In this document: one piece after another, positions 49,501-62,500 of the stretch | How positions within the stretch are numbered: position 1 is the stretch's first letter | How the letters are laid out: every line of letters begins with the position of its first letter | Assembly (NCBI GenBank): GCA_043228905.1 | Contig: JBHGNT010000004.1 | Location: 16,678,001-16,742,000 of the forward strand | Length of the DNA: 64,000 nt | Source: Azolla caroliniana | Taxonomy: Eukaryota > Plantae > Polypodiophyta | Reading direction: 5' to 3' | Position numbers and translations under genes: made by a program | Notes under the pieces: generated by a model | The model's input: only the letters and a program-made list of their open reading frames with translations | The model's database searches: none | What the model was told of the DNA's origin: nothing

Positions 49501-50892
49501 GGATCAGACATGTTGACAAAGGTGTTGTCTACAGAGAAGTTGGACGTGTGATGCAGACGAGTCGGTTTGACGAAGCACCCCATGCTGGAGTGAAGGGGGA
49601 GTTTGTTAGGAAACAGGTCCCTCTGGATGGGAAGTAAGCACGAGCCGGATTGGAGTCCGGAGAACTAGCCTTGGACAAGAAGAAGTCAGAACCAAATGGA
49701 GGAGTGTGAACCAGATCAAATAGATCCGGAGTAGAAGGGAAACCGGAGCCGGATCGGATCTGGAGACACATCCGGAAATGACCATATTTGTAAATAAGTT
49801 TTGTTGCACCTATTTGGACCAGAATTATAAATAGCCTCAAAGTTGTATTAGTATAAATATACTAGGGCAAGTCATTAGAGGATGATGAGTAGTTGTTGTT
49901 GGTAGTTGCCTCTTGTAACTAAGAGTGTGTAGGAGAGTAAGAGAGAGTTGTAACTTTGTTGTAACCATTGTCTGACAAAGAGGAGTTCAAGGTCCCTTAC
50001 CATTGTCCTTTACCAAGTATGTTCTTCCAAATTGATGTGTTTGAGTTGATAATTAGGGAGCAATATATGCAATTTTTTTGAACATGGGACTTATCCATCC
50101 TCAAGAGAATATAACTGTACCACATAAACAACATGGTTTTTGTATCCAACTCATGGATGGGATTTGTACGCAACGAGAAGGGAGCAGGTCATCTATCGAA
50201 CTACGAGACGATTTGTGCGAGACATAGTTGGGTTACGGCCAAATGATATATTTATTATTCGGCATGGACAAGTCATTGCCAGGTGACACGAGTGTGAAGA
50301 AGTAGAGATGGGTACGGCCGGCCGGACAATTTTGTATGTCCAAGTTTTTACTTTGAAGTTTGAAGGCCAGACTCCAGAGCCGAGAGAGTCATACTCTCCG
50401 GAGCGCGTAGCAGGAGGATGATGATTTCTCTTTTATTTAACTATATTTTCTTCTTAACCAGATCAGAGTCTCAAGTGCAGTTAGGGTTTAACCTGAGGTG
50501 CGCCTCAGAACTCTCTGAATTCTCAACGTGCATCAGATTAGAGGAAGAAGAAGAAGAAGAAGAAAAAGATTGAAGACGAAGGGGAGGAGGAGGAGGAGGA
50601 GGAGGGAACATTCTGCTCCATCGCCCACCATTACAATTCCGAGAAAACACAAGATTCAGAAGAGCAGTGAAGAATAGGATGAAGAAGAAGCAATTTCTCT
50701 TCTTCCCCCACGAGCGGAACTAAGAAGAAAAAGAATATTCATATTCAGGAGAATAAAGAAGAAGCTCATATTCTTCATTGGTCACAAGACGTATCTAGAA
50801 GAAGAAGAGTGAGGAGTGAAGAAGGAAAGAAATATTTTATTTCTTCTTTGAAGTTCGATTAAATTTATACATATACACATTTATATATAGTA

Positions 50893-51460
50893 ATGGAAGT
50901 TGTTTCCAATGGCCTTGTGGGCCCTTCTCCTCTACATCATCATCAACACCAACACCAACATCATCATCATCAACATCAGCAACTTCCTTCACAAGAGCTC
51001 ATCATTCATGAGAGCTCAAGCACAGAAGAAAATGAAGCAAAACTTGTACCTAAGAAGCGGGCGGAGACATGGGTTCAAGAAGAGATCAGATCTCTCATTG
51101 CTTTCCGATCTGAGATTGATAGTCTCTTCAATACATCAAAATCTAACAAGCATTTGTGGGAACAAATCTCGTTGAAAATGAGAGGAAGAGGGTTCGATAG
51201 GTCACCTGCCATGTGTACCGACAAGTGGAGAAACCTACTTAAGGATTATAAGAAAGCTAAAGTTCATGATAAAGGTGGTTCGGCTAAGGTTTCTTGTTAC
51301 AAAGACTTAGAAGAGCTCCTTCGGCAACGATCAAAGGTTGTTCTTGTTCCTTCTCCTCCGCCTCCTTATCGAAGCCCTGGGAAAATGGATCCTTACAGCA
51401 TTCATTACTCTCCCAAAGCTACCCAATGCGAGAATCAATATGGTCAGTGCTCTCCCAAAG
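50893..51460 (+). CDS. GT-1-clade trihelix transcription factor, exon 1
   Basis: His/Gln tract, then [50 protein letters not shown] (GT-1/GT-4 trihelix domain). Donor AAG|GTATGT. Confidence 0.95.
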
Positions 51461-52494
51461 GTATGTCATGATTGATATTATATTGTCCTTTTCTAATTAT
51501 TGATTCATAATGCATTTTTTTGTGTGAATCATGGTTCGTTTTGTTGTATTAGTTGTTGTTCATTTGTTATATGAATAATTGCTCATTGATATGTATTCTT
51601 CAGTCTTGCAAATTTACCTTATGTCAGATCTGCATTATCAATGTTATTACAATATCCGAAGGTATGGAAGGTCAAGATAACTTTTCAAAAAATTGCAATG
51701 TACTACATTTTGTTGTATGAATAGAGAAAGAAACAAATATTAACATCTTTAGAAGACCAAAATGGCCAATATATAATGACAAATATTACAACTATTCATG
51801 TTAGCTCATAAAGTGAGTAACAATAGAAAGACACGTTTTTCATCTAACTCAAACACAAGGAGCTTGATCATATGTTACTGGTACCAATAAAGAAAGATGT
51901 TTGATACATGAATTGAAATTAGAATTGTTTTACTCTACAGATCTCCAAATTCTTGAATATATTTAGTAGTGAGTAACTTGGTCAGCCATTGTAGGAATAT
52001 TGTAGGGACAAATAACACCATTAATGATATTGATAATTCTACATATTGTTTTCTAATTGTATCTCCCTAAACAAAATTCGATTTTGGTGTGGAAGTATGT
52101 GAAGGAATTAGCTCAAAATCTACTTATTATAAGTGTAAAGATAATGAAAATTGCCATGGCTTTGGTTGTTCTAAGTGTGTGTTCATATTTGCTTATGAAG
52201 AGAATAGGATTGAGGAAGAAATCTAATCCCACTCTAACATTATTTGTTGAGAACATAGAGATCTTAGCTTAACTCTCATGATAGGATTAAGCAAAAGATA
52301 GAATAGACTAGAGTCATTAAGAAAGCTTGGAGCCATATTTCAAGAACGAGTTCTCAAAGTGTACTAAACTATTTGGAAACTGGTTATTATATATTTGATG
52401 GTTGGTTACCTATTGTTACAATAATGAAATCATGGATGTGGGAAGACTAATGGCTATAACTGAGAAATCATCAAGTGGGAAAGCCAGCAATTAA

Positions 52495-52933
52495 TGTTAG
52501 AGATATATTCTAATGTAAGCATGAAAATAAGGAAATAGATAATAAATAGAAGAGACAGAGAGACAAAGAAGGGTGTTGATCCACCTGACCACCCCCAAGT
52601 GAAGAGATCAAGATGGACCAGAGCCTTGAACGGCATCCATACCACCACTATGGGCTTTGAGTCGTACCTAGTATTGGTGAATGCTCATCACAAGATTTAC
52701 CTAGTATGTCAAGCCTGTAATCTTGTGGTGAACATACTCTTGTGGCGAGCGCGTGCCAGTACCAGGTATGACTCAAAGCCCATAGTAGTGGTATGGGACG
52801 CCGTTCAAGACTGGGGTCCATCTCAATCCCTATGCTTGGGGTTGGTCAGGTGGATTGGCACCCTTCTTTCTCGCCCAATCTCTTTATTCTCCTATCTGTT
52901 TCCTTATTTTCATGCTTACATATATCTCGAACA
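52495..52933. mobile_element. 439-bp foldback element in trihelix intron 1
   Basis: Ends TGTTAGAGATATA...TATATCTCGAACA. TSD ATTAA at 52490-52494 and 52934-52938. Imperfect inverted arms of about 200 bp. Confidence 0.88.
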
Positions 52934-53743
52934 ATTAACTAACATGTTTGTTCACATGGGGACAGAACCTCTAGCCAATTCTAGAGTGAAAAGTGCCTAT
53001 AAAACATGTGTTCACCACAAAGTTTGCAAGAAAACACGTTAAATGTAATAAATCTGATGCCATAGTTGACCAATCTATTTTACCATACCTTAATGTTCGT
53101 ATCTTCCTAGCTTGCGCTTTAACTTGTGTGAAGAGATCCTGAACTGTGCCATCCTTCTGTAGAGCATATGAAGAATTGGATATAGAGGTTTTATACATTT
53201 TAACTTAATCTATAGTTTAACGTATAGATTCAAATTTTAATTGATAGTTATGATTAATGTACAAGTTACAACTTAGTGGTAGACATTTAGAACAATTAAC
53301 TTTCTAATTAGTTGTAAGTGTCTCAGATAAGTCGTAATTCAAAAATATTGTCAACGCTGGAGACAAATATGTGATATGATAGCTTTTCCTTGAAAATCAT
53401 ATTTTGACTTTGTGAAATGGGAAACTTTTGGAGAAAGTAAACTTGAGTTGCTTGAATCAAGACAAGTTTACTATCTGTGATTTGCCATCTGACGATGTAT
53501 TATCCTTTTATCAAAGGTATGATTATTAATACATCACTTCAATAGAGAATCCAGATTGATCTTGCAGATATCATGTGTACATGTAGGTTGGTTGCTCATG
53601 AGGGTCTTTATTTTTGTTAACATGATCTAGGAATTCTTATCAGTTTACAGTTTAGTTTTAAGCATCCTGTGAAAGAGTACCATTTCATAATAAGTGTTAA
53701 AGATCTGTTTGTTAGTTTAACAATTAAAACTTTTATTTTACAG

Positions 53744-53875
53744 ACCATTGCAAGTCGGCTCTTAACCTTGATCGTAGATTGGATCCAGATGGTCAATCTT
53801 TGGCCCTCCCATCCTCTGATACAATTGTTGAGAGTGGAATTCAACCTTGGGGTTGGAGAGACCCTTTAGCAAATG
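53744..53875 (+). CDS. Trihelix TF internal exon
   Basis: Acceptor TTTTACAG|, phase 1. Translates (D)HCKSALNLDRRLDPDGQSLAL..GIQPWGWRDPLAN, matching the GT-1 LNLERRLD/PWNWRE region. Donor G|GTATA. A small upstream exon may have been missed. Confidence 0.85.
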
Positions 53876-53994
53876 GTATATTTATATGCTGAAAATGAAA
53901 AGTAGCTTTGTATATTGTACTTTTCAGGTTTCACATTGAATAAATAATCAAACAAGTTACAAATAAAAATGTCCACAGTGAATGTTTCATGCAG

Positions 53995-54225
53995 GTGAAG
54001 ATGAGCACCACATTCCAAATGATGGGAAAATTATAATTGTCAAATATGGCAGTACAATTCGGAAAATTGGTATTGATGGCACATTTGAAGCCATAAAAGA
54101 AGCAATAAAGTGTGCTTTTGGGTTACGCACAAGACGAGCATTTTGGCTGGAGGATGACTATGGTGTTGTGCGATGCTTTGATAGAGAAATGCCGTTGGGC
54201 TCCTATGTTTTACGTTTAGATGAGG
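53995..54225 (+). CDS. Trihelix TF exon (C-terminal domain, first part)
   Basis: GCAG| acceptor. [55 protein letters not shown] is the conserved GT-1 C-terminal region. Donor G|GTAAG. The last exon is expected beyond the window. Confidence 0.92.
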
Positions 54226-57200
54226 GTAAGTACTTCATTGAATGATTGGTCATGTTAGGCACTGAACACTTATGGCTGTAGCTTGGACTTGTTTGTGTCT
54301 ATTGATCTTTTATTGTTGCTCATTAGGAAAAGTTTTCCCTCAAAGGACTTACATTATATGTGCTATCCACGATACATAGAATATGCTCTTAGCAGAAGAG
54401 CTTTAGAGGCTGATGGGACAGCGAAGTCATGGCCTCATAAGTACCTATTGAATGCTGAATGGGAATCTTGTCCAAGGATCCCATTCAAAGTCCAAGATAT
54501 TCATTTATTAATTGTAGTACAATTCTGAAAACGAGACTCTACAACTTTATCATAAATTAGAAAATATGGAATAATATAGTAACGTTTTTCTAGTATAGTT
54601 AGAGAAATCTAAAGGGCCTTAATCCCAACACAAAATGGCCTATGAGACTGAATGAGAGGTGATATCTTAAAATTTTCTCAGCTTTCAAAGCAAAAAAATA
54701 AAATAAATGTAGCTGATCTAGATCTGCCTAAGGTGCTGAATAATCTTGTTAGCTAACCACTTAGAACATTCTAACTTCAGATGGATTTAAAATTTTGCCT
54801 TCAAAATATTTCTAACATGAGCTGACCCAAGATGGAGAGGTCTTCGAAAACTCTACATGCTTAGCCCTTGATTGACTTGCAGTATGAGCAATGATGGAGC
54901 TAAAAAATGTTTTGATGGTTCTTTGTGGATGAGCTTTTGTGGTTGTGATGTGATTCTTTAGTACATATTTAGTTTTATTTATTTTGGTTTGTTCTTAAAG
55001 AGGAGATGATGTTTTAATATGTAATCTCTTGTTCAGTCGTACAGACCAGTTTGGCCTCTTAAAAGACGTTGATATACCTTTCTTTCTTTCTTCATTGTCT
55101 TCCCTCCCCTATACCCACTCTCATTCTTAGCCCTTTGTCCCATGTATGCTTAATCTTTGTGTTAAAGTATTCTTAACCATTGTGTGCCAATGACTATTTT
55201 AATCTCATTTTTGTCTTATGTTTATCTGTTTGTACATTAATGGCTTAATTGGTAGGATTAACCACTAAAAAATTTATTGCTAATGGAAATGAAGCCTATG
55301 AACACCATGGTTTAGAGCTAATGAAGCTTAGGGTCCTGAGGCTTAGGAAGACAAGGTATCATGTGGAAGAAAGCAAGAAAATACCAAGAATGGAAATGAA
55401 TGAATGGGACTAACAGAGGTAATGCTTGAAGGCACTCAAGATACCCGAAATGCATGTATTGTTAGATGTAGACAAGGGGAAAGACATTTCTTAATGCTTG
55501 ATTGATCAGGAAAGAAGGAAGAGGTATATTACATGAGATGTCATATTGACAAGGCCTTGAGAGAGGAAGAGGTAAATTACATGAGGTGTCATATTGACAA
55601 GGCCTTGAGAGAGGAAATGTAGCATACTGAAAGAGATGTTATGGCATGGTCGATTGCTCTAAAATACCAAAGGAGTGGGCTGTTGTGTGAGGAGAAAGTA
55701 GAGAAAACTGTGCAGAATGTGAGAAAAGCTGTTAATAGCAGCAGTGGAAGAGTTAGAACAAAATAGACACAGCCAAGCTGTGAGAAGGCTGTTAGACAGC
55801 AGTAGAAAAACTGGTTGCAAAGAGTAGAGACAGCCAAAGAATTGTGCTTATTTGTAAGTAGCAGCAGAAAATAATCTTATTACAAAAGAGGCTGGTATAA
55901 GCCTATTTATACAAAATTGGGAATGGTTGTTTGGTAGTTAAGAGACTCTTGTACTACCAAACAGGTACAATAAACTAGGAATAAAAAGGGAATATCTTGG
56001 AAAAAGTGGAAGAGACAAAAGACATTTAAATCATTGCAGATTCTAGAGAGAGAAGGCATTTAAAGAGTTGCAGATTCTAGAGAGAGAAGAATCTGGGAAG
56101 AGAGAGAATGTAGTACAGAGATAATAAAGATGAAAGAGAGTGCAGGTCTGGAGCTGCCACCCTCCAACACAGAAAGATGGAGAGAAAGCCCTAGTTGCTA
56201 AAAGTCCCTCACTCGTTCTGAGAGATTTGGGACCAATTTTTATTGATAAGTGACTAATGACCAAAAGTTATAAAGATAATGTAAATGCCTATAACCCCCC
56301 AAATAGGGGCCAAAAATATAGTAAAAGTATTTGTGGAAAGCTATCAAAGAGGGTTTTCACATGGAAGGGTCAACATATGCAAAAAAAGAGTCCATGGGAC
56401 CAAAATTCCCAACAACCTCCCATTTAAAGGACCAAGGAGGCTCCTTTAAGCCAAGTAACTCCCACAATCTGTATACATAGCTGATGTTGTGCCTTGGGTA
56501 GACACTTTGTGAGAGCATCTACAAGATTTTGTGAAGTGTCGGCCTTGATCTAAGCGGCTGCAAGGGTGTATACATAGCCACTTGTGGACTTGTGTGTATC
56601 CACATCACCTGCCATGTTGGAATCACAAAATTGTTTCAACTCTAATGGACCCTTTCTATAACATAGGAATTTACCTTTGGTCCCTTTCAGATATCTCAAG
56701 GTAGATTTGATTGCCTCCCAATGAGCTCGATCAGGATTAGCCATGAACCTACTAACAACTCCGACTACATGAGCAATGTCTAGCCCAGTGGCAACCATAA
56801 CATACATAAGTGAACAACAAGCTGATGCATATAGAACAATCTACACGTGATTGACTGCATCATCATTTGTGGGACAATCATCCTCGGAAAGGTTACCATG
56901 TGGACCACATTAAATATGTTCAGCACTTTTTCAATGCACTTTTCTTGGGATAAATGCAAACTATACTGCTTCCTATCCCGTTTTATTCACATACCAAGAA
57001 TATGCTCAGCTTCCCCAAGGTCTTTCATTGAGAATGCAAAGTTCAGCTGCTGTTTTAATGCATCCAGATTACGCTTTTTCTTCCCTGCCACCAGCATATC
57101 ATCTACATACAGTACAAGAATAATTGGGCTGCCATTTTCATCCTTTTTAGCGCACAAACAGTGGTCTGCATGGCTTTTTCTGAATCCATGTTTGAGCACA

Positions 57201-58725
57201 AATGTTTCAAACTTCTTATACCATTGTTTGGGGGCCTGTCTCACCCCATATAAGCTCCTTCTCAGTTTGCATACCAGATGCTCTTTTCCAGGAATGGCAT
57301 ATAAGTCACCCTCATCTGATAACATGATGTAATATATACAGGGATCATATCTATTCACTTGCCTCATAGGCCGTGTAGATCATCTTACCCAATGATCCAC
57401 ATTATCTGGCAATGGATCTACATCAGGAGGTGCATTGACATCTTCATTGTTAATGGGCTGTTGTACATCAATTTCCAGCTCTCTTTTTCTACATGAATAG
57501 GTGGCTGATATGCCCATCAGGAGCGTCGTTTTTCTGTCCAACATCATCTGCCTCAATAACCACTGGCTCATTATCATTTCCAGCCAAATGTGGTGCATCC
57601 CGAGGGTTGATATCAGATTTAACTTGTGACTATACATGCTAAAATTTGACTCTTTTATGGTCACACAGGCACAATCATTTTTGAGTAGAGTTGCCTCATT
57701 AAATACAACATCTCGGCTGCATATTCCCTCCCTTCTTGAGTTGAGGTAGCCAAATCTTGTAGCCCATTTCACCTTTGTCTCCATAACCCATAAAGATTCC
57801 TTTCATGGACTTTGCTGCATCTAACTTGCTTCTCAACTTAGGCCTTATATGCACAAAAGCATCACAGCCAAAGATGTGTAGGTGGTCATAGGAAGTTGGT
57901 TTGCCAGACCAAACCTCTTCAGGAATGCCACTTTTTAAGGACATGAGGGGATCAATTGCAAACATGAATTGCAGTTTTCAAAGCCTCTCCCCAAAATCCA
58001 TGAGGGAGATTAGCTGTGGACAGCATGGATCTCATCCTCCCACAAAGTCCTGTTATACTGTTCAGCCACACCAATGGAAGAGGGGCTGTATGGAGCTGTT
58101 AGCTCTTCTATGTTAATACCAAGATTTTCATAAAATCTACTAAATTCAGCACTTGTAAACTCACCCCCATTAATTTGTGTGTAAGCATTTCATGACCCTT
58201 CCACAAGGAGAGTACTATATCCATGCATATCCATTTGTCCAACAGACAACAAACCTTTCGTGATGCTTGGTGCATACCTTATGTCATGCAAAACCAACTC
58301 ATTAGTACCATCCACTCTGAGATGCATTGTGCCAATGCCTTCAATATAACAAGCATGGTTATTCCCAAGATATACATGTCCCTGATTGCCTGCATGAAAG
58401 GTAGTAAAACACTCCTGAATAGGAGTAACATGAAATGATGCGCCTAAATCCACAGTCCATGTTTGTGACAACATCATTCAAAGTAAGCAAGGCATCAATT
58501 AGATCCCTCTTTGTAATCTGTACATTCTGTGCATGAATATTAACAGAAGCATCTTTATCTTTAGCATGATGATCTTCTATAGTAGCACAAAGAATATCTT
58601 CTGCATCATATGCCTCCTAATGATGACACTAGATGCCATATTTGCCCTCCCTTTGTCCTTGTCCTTAAATTATTATGTGCTTCATTCTCGCTATTTTTTT
58701 CTTCTTGTCACATGAGTTCTTTCTT

Positions 58726-58961
58726 AAGAGGGGGTAAAAGCTATGATGATATATTAAGAGGGGGTTGATGACTTGAGTATCAGTATCACACTAGAGGGAA
58801 CACCAAGAAGGTGGAGCTCATATGTGTATGCCTTATTCACACATTAAGACTTGGTGCTTCAAAGTAGACACACATCAAGATAACTTTTGTACTTAGGTCC
58901 TATGGGTCAATATTGGCCTCTCTATGGACGCTAAAAATATCTATGTATGTATGAATGTATA
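58726..58961 (+). mobile_element. Short LINE/SINE 3'-end fragment with a (TATG)n tail inside the gag of I
   Basis: Interrupts gag homology with J. The 3' end resembles the LINE 3' UTR at 6918-6971. Boundaries are approximate. Confidence 0.5.
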
Positions 58962-59524
58962 TATCAACATTGTACTACTTGCAATCAAGCTTCTTATGAC
59001 CTTTCCTACCACCTCGATAACAAGTCACTTCAGCTTTGCCTTTGCTTTTGCTCTTGTTCCTCGTACATTTCCACTTTTCAAAATTTCCTCATTCAAAATA
59101 GAACCCCTTATGCCATCAAAAGATAAGATTAGGGTTATTCGAGAGTGAAACAACCAATGTTCCCCACGAATCAGGTAAGGTCATCAACAAGAAGATAGCC
59201 TTAAACTTATTATCAAAGGAAGGTAATCCAGAGTCTTGTAATTGTGAGAGAGTACTTGTAAAGGCAAATAAGTGCTCAACTTCACTTTTTGACTCATCAA
59301 GTTGCATACACGCCAACTTATGCATAAGATACATTTAATTTACATGCATGGTAATTTCATAAGTAGCTTTTAACTTCTCCTATACCTCAAAAGCAATTGT
59401 GAGGACCTTGAGAGCCACTAAGATCTCATTTAATACAACCATCTTGAAGTAAGTGATGGCCTTTTTATTTAGTTTTATCCATGTTACATCTATCATATCT
59501 TTGGGCTTGACTTCAAAAATTCCC

Positions 59525-62500
59525 TAAAGGTAAAGAGGGATGTTTGACGGATCAACTATTGAGAGATGACGTTCAGCAAACAAGACCGTAGTAGAGATGA
59601 GAGTAGAGACACGTAGATCTTTGGTGTACCCAACCGCCTTGATTGGTACACAAGAAAAAAAAGGTTATTATATTAATTAACCTTACAAAGAAAGTGGTGT
59701 GTTCACATTACAAAAAGAGGTGTCCTGTCCAGGTGAACAATGTGTTCACATATACGAATAATTACCTAATTTGTGAACTACGGGCCTTTACACCTAACAA
59801 CCTCCCACTTAAAGGTCCGATGTGAACATTCAAGTAACTCCCACTAATTGTATGCAATGCTCATGTTGAACTTTGCCAAGTCTTTTAGTGAGAATATCTG
59901 CAGGATTATCTTGTGTTTTGATCTTGGTCAATGTGACTAGACCATCCTCCAAAACTTGTCTGATAAAGTGATGTCGCACATCAATGTGTTTGGTGCGCGA
60001 ATGAAACATGGCATTCTTAGCCAGATACACAGCACTCTGGCTATCACATCCTAACACAGGAGTACTAACAGACATGCCAAGATCTTCACCAAGTCTGCTG
60101 AGCCATATAGCTTCCTTTGAAGCTTCTGTAGCTGAAATATATTCAGCTTCAGTAGTACTCAGTGCTACAATCTTTTGCAATTTGGAGCACCAAGACACTG
60201 CTCCACCAGCAACTGTAAATATATACCTGCTAGTAGACTTACGTGTATCCAAGTCACCTGCCATGTCTGCATCACAATATCCCTGCAAATTTAATGCACC
60301 CTTCCCATAGCATACATTAGAGAACCACATGCTGATGCATAAGGAATTCCCTTCATAGCATTGATTTCCATCTCATCCTTTGGACAATCAGCCTTGCTGA
60401 GTTTAAGATATGATGGCAAAGGAACTAACTCCAAGGGACTTTGCTTCTGCCATATTAAATCTGTTAAGCACTTTTTCAATGTACTTTTCTTGTGACAAAA
60501 ACAACAATTTGTCTTTTCTGTTTCTACTGATTCTCATGCCCAAAATATGCTCTGCATTTCCCAAATCTTTCATAGAAAAGACCAATTTCAGTTGAACTTT
60601 TAGAGCATCAAGACTAGTCTTTCTTTTCCCAGCTAGCAACATATCATCCACATATAGAACAAGTATGATAGGATTGTCATCGATATCCTTTTTCGTGTAT
60701 AAACAATGATCTGCATAGCTACGATCAAAGCCTTGAGAAAGCATAAAAGTATCAAACTTCTTATACCATTGTCGTGGTGCTTGTTTTAGGCCATACAAGC
60801 TACGTTTTAGTTTGCATACCAAATGCTCCTTGTTAGAGACTACAAAACCCTCAGGTTGTTTCATGTAGATCTCTTCATCAATATCACCATGCAAAAAAGC
60901 GGTCTTTACATCCATTTGGTACAACTCCAAATTAAGCATTGCAGTGAGAGCAAATAGCACACGAAGTGTGGTCATCTTCACAACAGGAGAGAAGACCTCT
61001 TGGAAGTCAATACCTTCCTTCTGTGCATAACCCTTGGCAACTAATCTTGCCTTGTATTTTGGTTTCCCTTCAATTTCCTTTACCTTATAAACCCACTTAT
61101 TTGGAAGAGCTTTCCTTCCTCGAGGTAAGGACACAAGATCCCATGTATCATTTGCATATAAAGATTTTATTTCTTCTTGCATTGCAAGCTCCCACTTATT
61201 GCTAAGTTCACATGACATTGCCTCCTTATAAGTAAGAGGTTCACCCTCATCTGACAGCATGACATAATGCAAAGAGGGGTCATATCTATATACCTGCCTC
61301 CTTGAACGATTAGACCTACGTACCCAATGATCAGTATTTTTTGGGATTGGTTCTAAATCTGGAGGAAAATCATTTTCAGCACTTTCTGGCTGTTGCGAAC
61401 CATGTCCAGCATGTTGTTCGACATCTATATTTTGTTCTTCAGTACCTTCATCTCGTTGACCAATACCTTCAGGAGCATCTCTTTGCTGTCCAACTTCTTC
61501 TGGCTCAAAGATAACCGGTCGATCATCATATTCAACCTTTGGTATAGCATCATGAGGTTTATTTTCAGATTTTGTGGATGGCTGTAATTGCTGAAATGTA
61601 ACACTCTTAGAGTTCCCAACAGAGGAACAAGCATTTTTCAGCAATTTTTCTTCATTAAAAACAACATCCCGGCTGCGTACAATTTTTCTGGATTGAGGTA
61701 ACCAAATCCTATAGCCCATTTCACCTTCATCACCATAGCCCATAAAAATGCCCATGGTGGACTTAGCATCGAGCTTATTTCTCAGCTCACTTCTAATGTG
61801 TACAAACGCATCACAACTGAAAATTCGTAAATGGTCATATGAGGCTGGTTTGCCAGACTAAACCTCCTCAGGGATTCCATTTTTTAAGAACTTGTTGGGA
61901 GAACGATTACATATATGAACCGCGGGTTTTAATGCTTCTCCCCAAAATTCATGAGGGAGATTAGCTGTGGACAGCATGCGTCGTACTCGCTCACACAAGG
62001 TCCTATTATACCTTTCTCACTTGTTTGCGAAATAGACAATCATTACAAAAAACCAGCTTTGATCCTTTAACATCAAATCTTATTAACGCAGAAAGGACTT
62101 CAAGTCCTTTTTGGCTCATATGTCTTAATCTCTTATGCCAAAGCTCTAAACGAGAGTCGAATTCAGCAATAGCAAGAAACTTTCCAGGTAAAGCTTTACA
62201 TTGCAAACAATACAGAGTGCCCTTTTTGCAACCTTTCACAATAACCATAGATCCTTTCTTTAGTTTCCATAATCCACCACCGAATAATGTGGTGTGACCA
62301 TGCAAATCCATTTGCCCTACAGATAGCAAACTTTTCTTAATGCCAGGTACATACCTAAGCTCTTGACCATTATCCAAAGACAAGTGTATAGTTCCAATAC
62401 CATCAATATTGCAAGCACTATTGTTACCAAGATAAACTTTTCCATAACTACCTGCATCAAATGTGGTAAAGCACTCCAAACATGGAGTAACATGAAAAGA

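Larger units (their letters stand above)
17429..49993 (+). mobile_element. Degenerate Ty1/Copia element B hosting a 32-kb nest
   Basis: 5' LTR 17429-17636 plus 31115-~31528, PBS TGATATCAGAGC at 31532, gag 31545-31867 and 41525-42123, pol 46586-49590, PPT, and 3' LTR from 49604. LTR homology stops at 49993 (truncated). Confidence 0.88.

Noticed and set aside
51604-51661. Extra trihelix exon ending CGAAG|GTATGG
   Set aside because: It would end in phase 2, incompatible with the next phase-1 exon, and shows no GT-1 similarity.
55510-55620. Short tandem duplication in the LTR of element I
   Set aside because: Ordinary LTR-internal duplication with no further signal.
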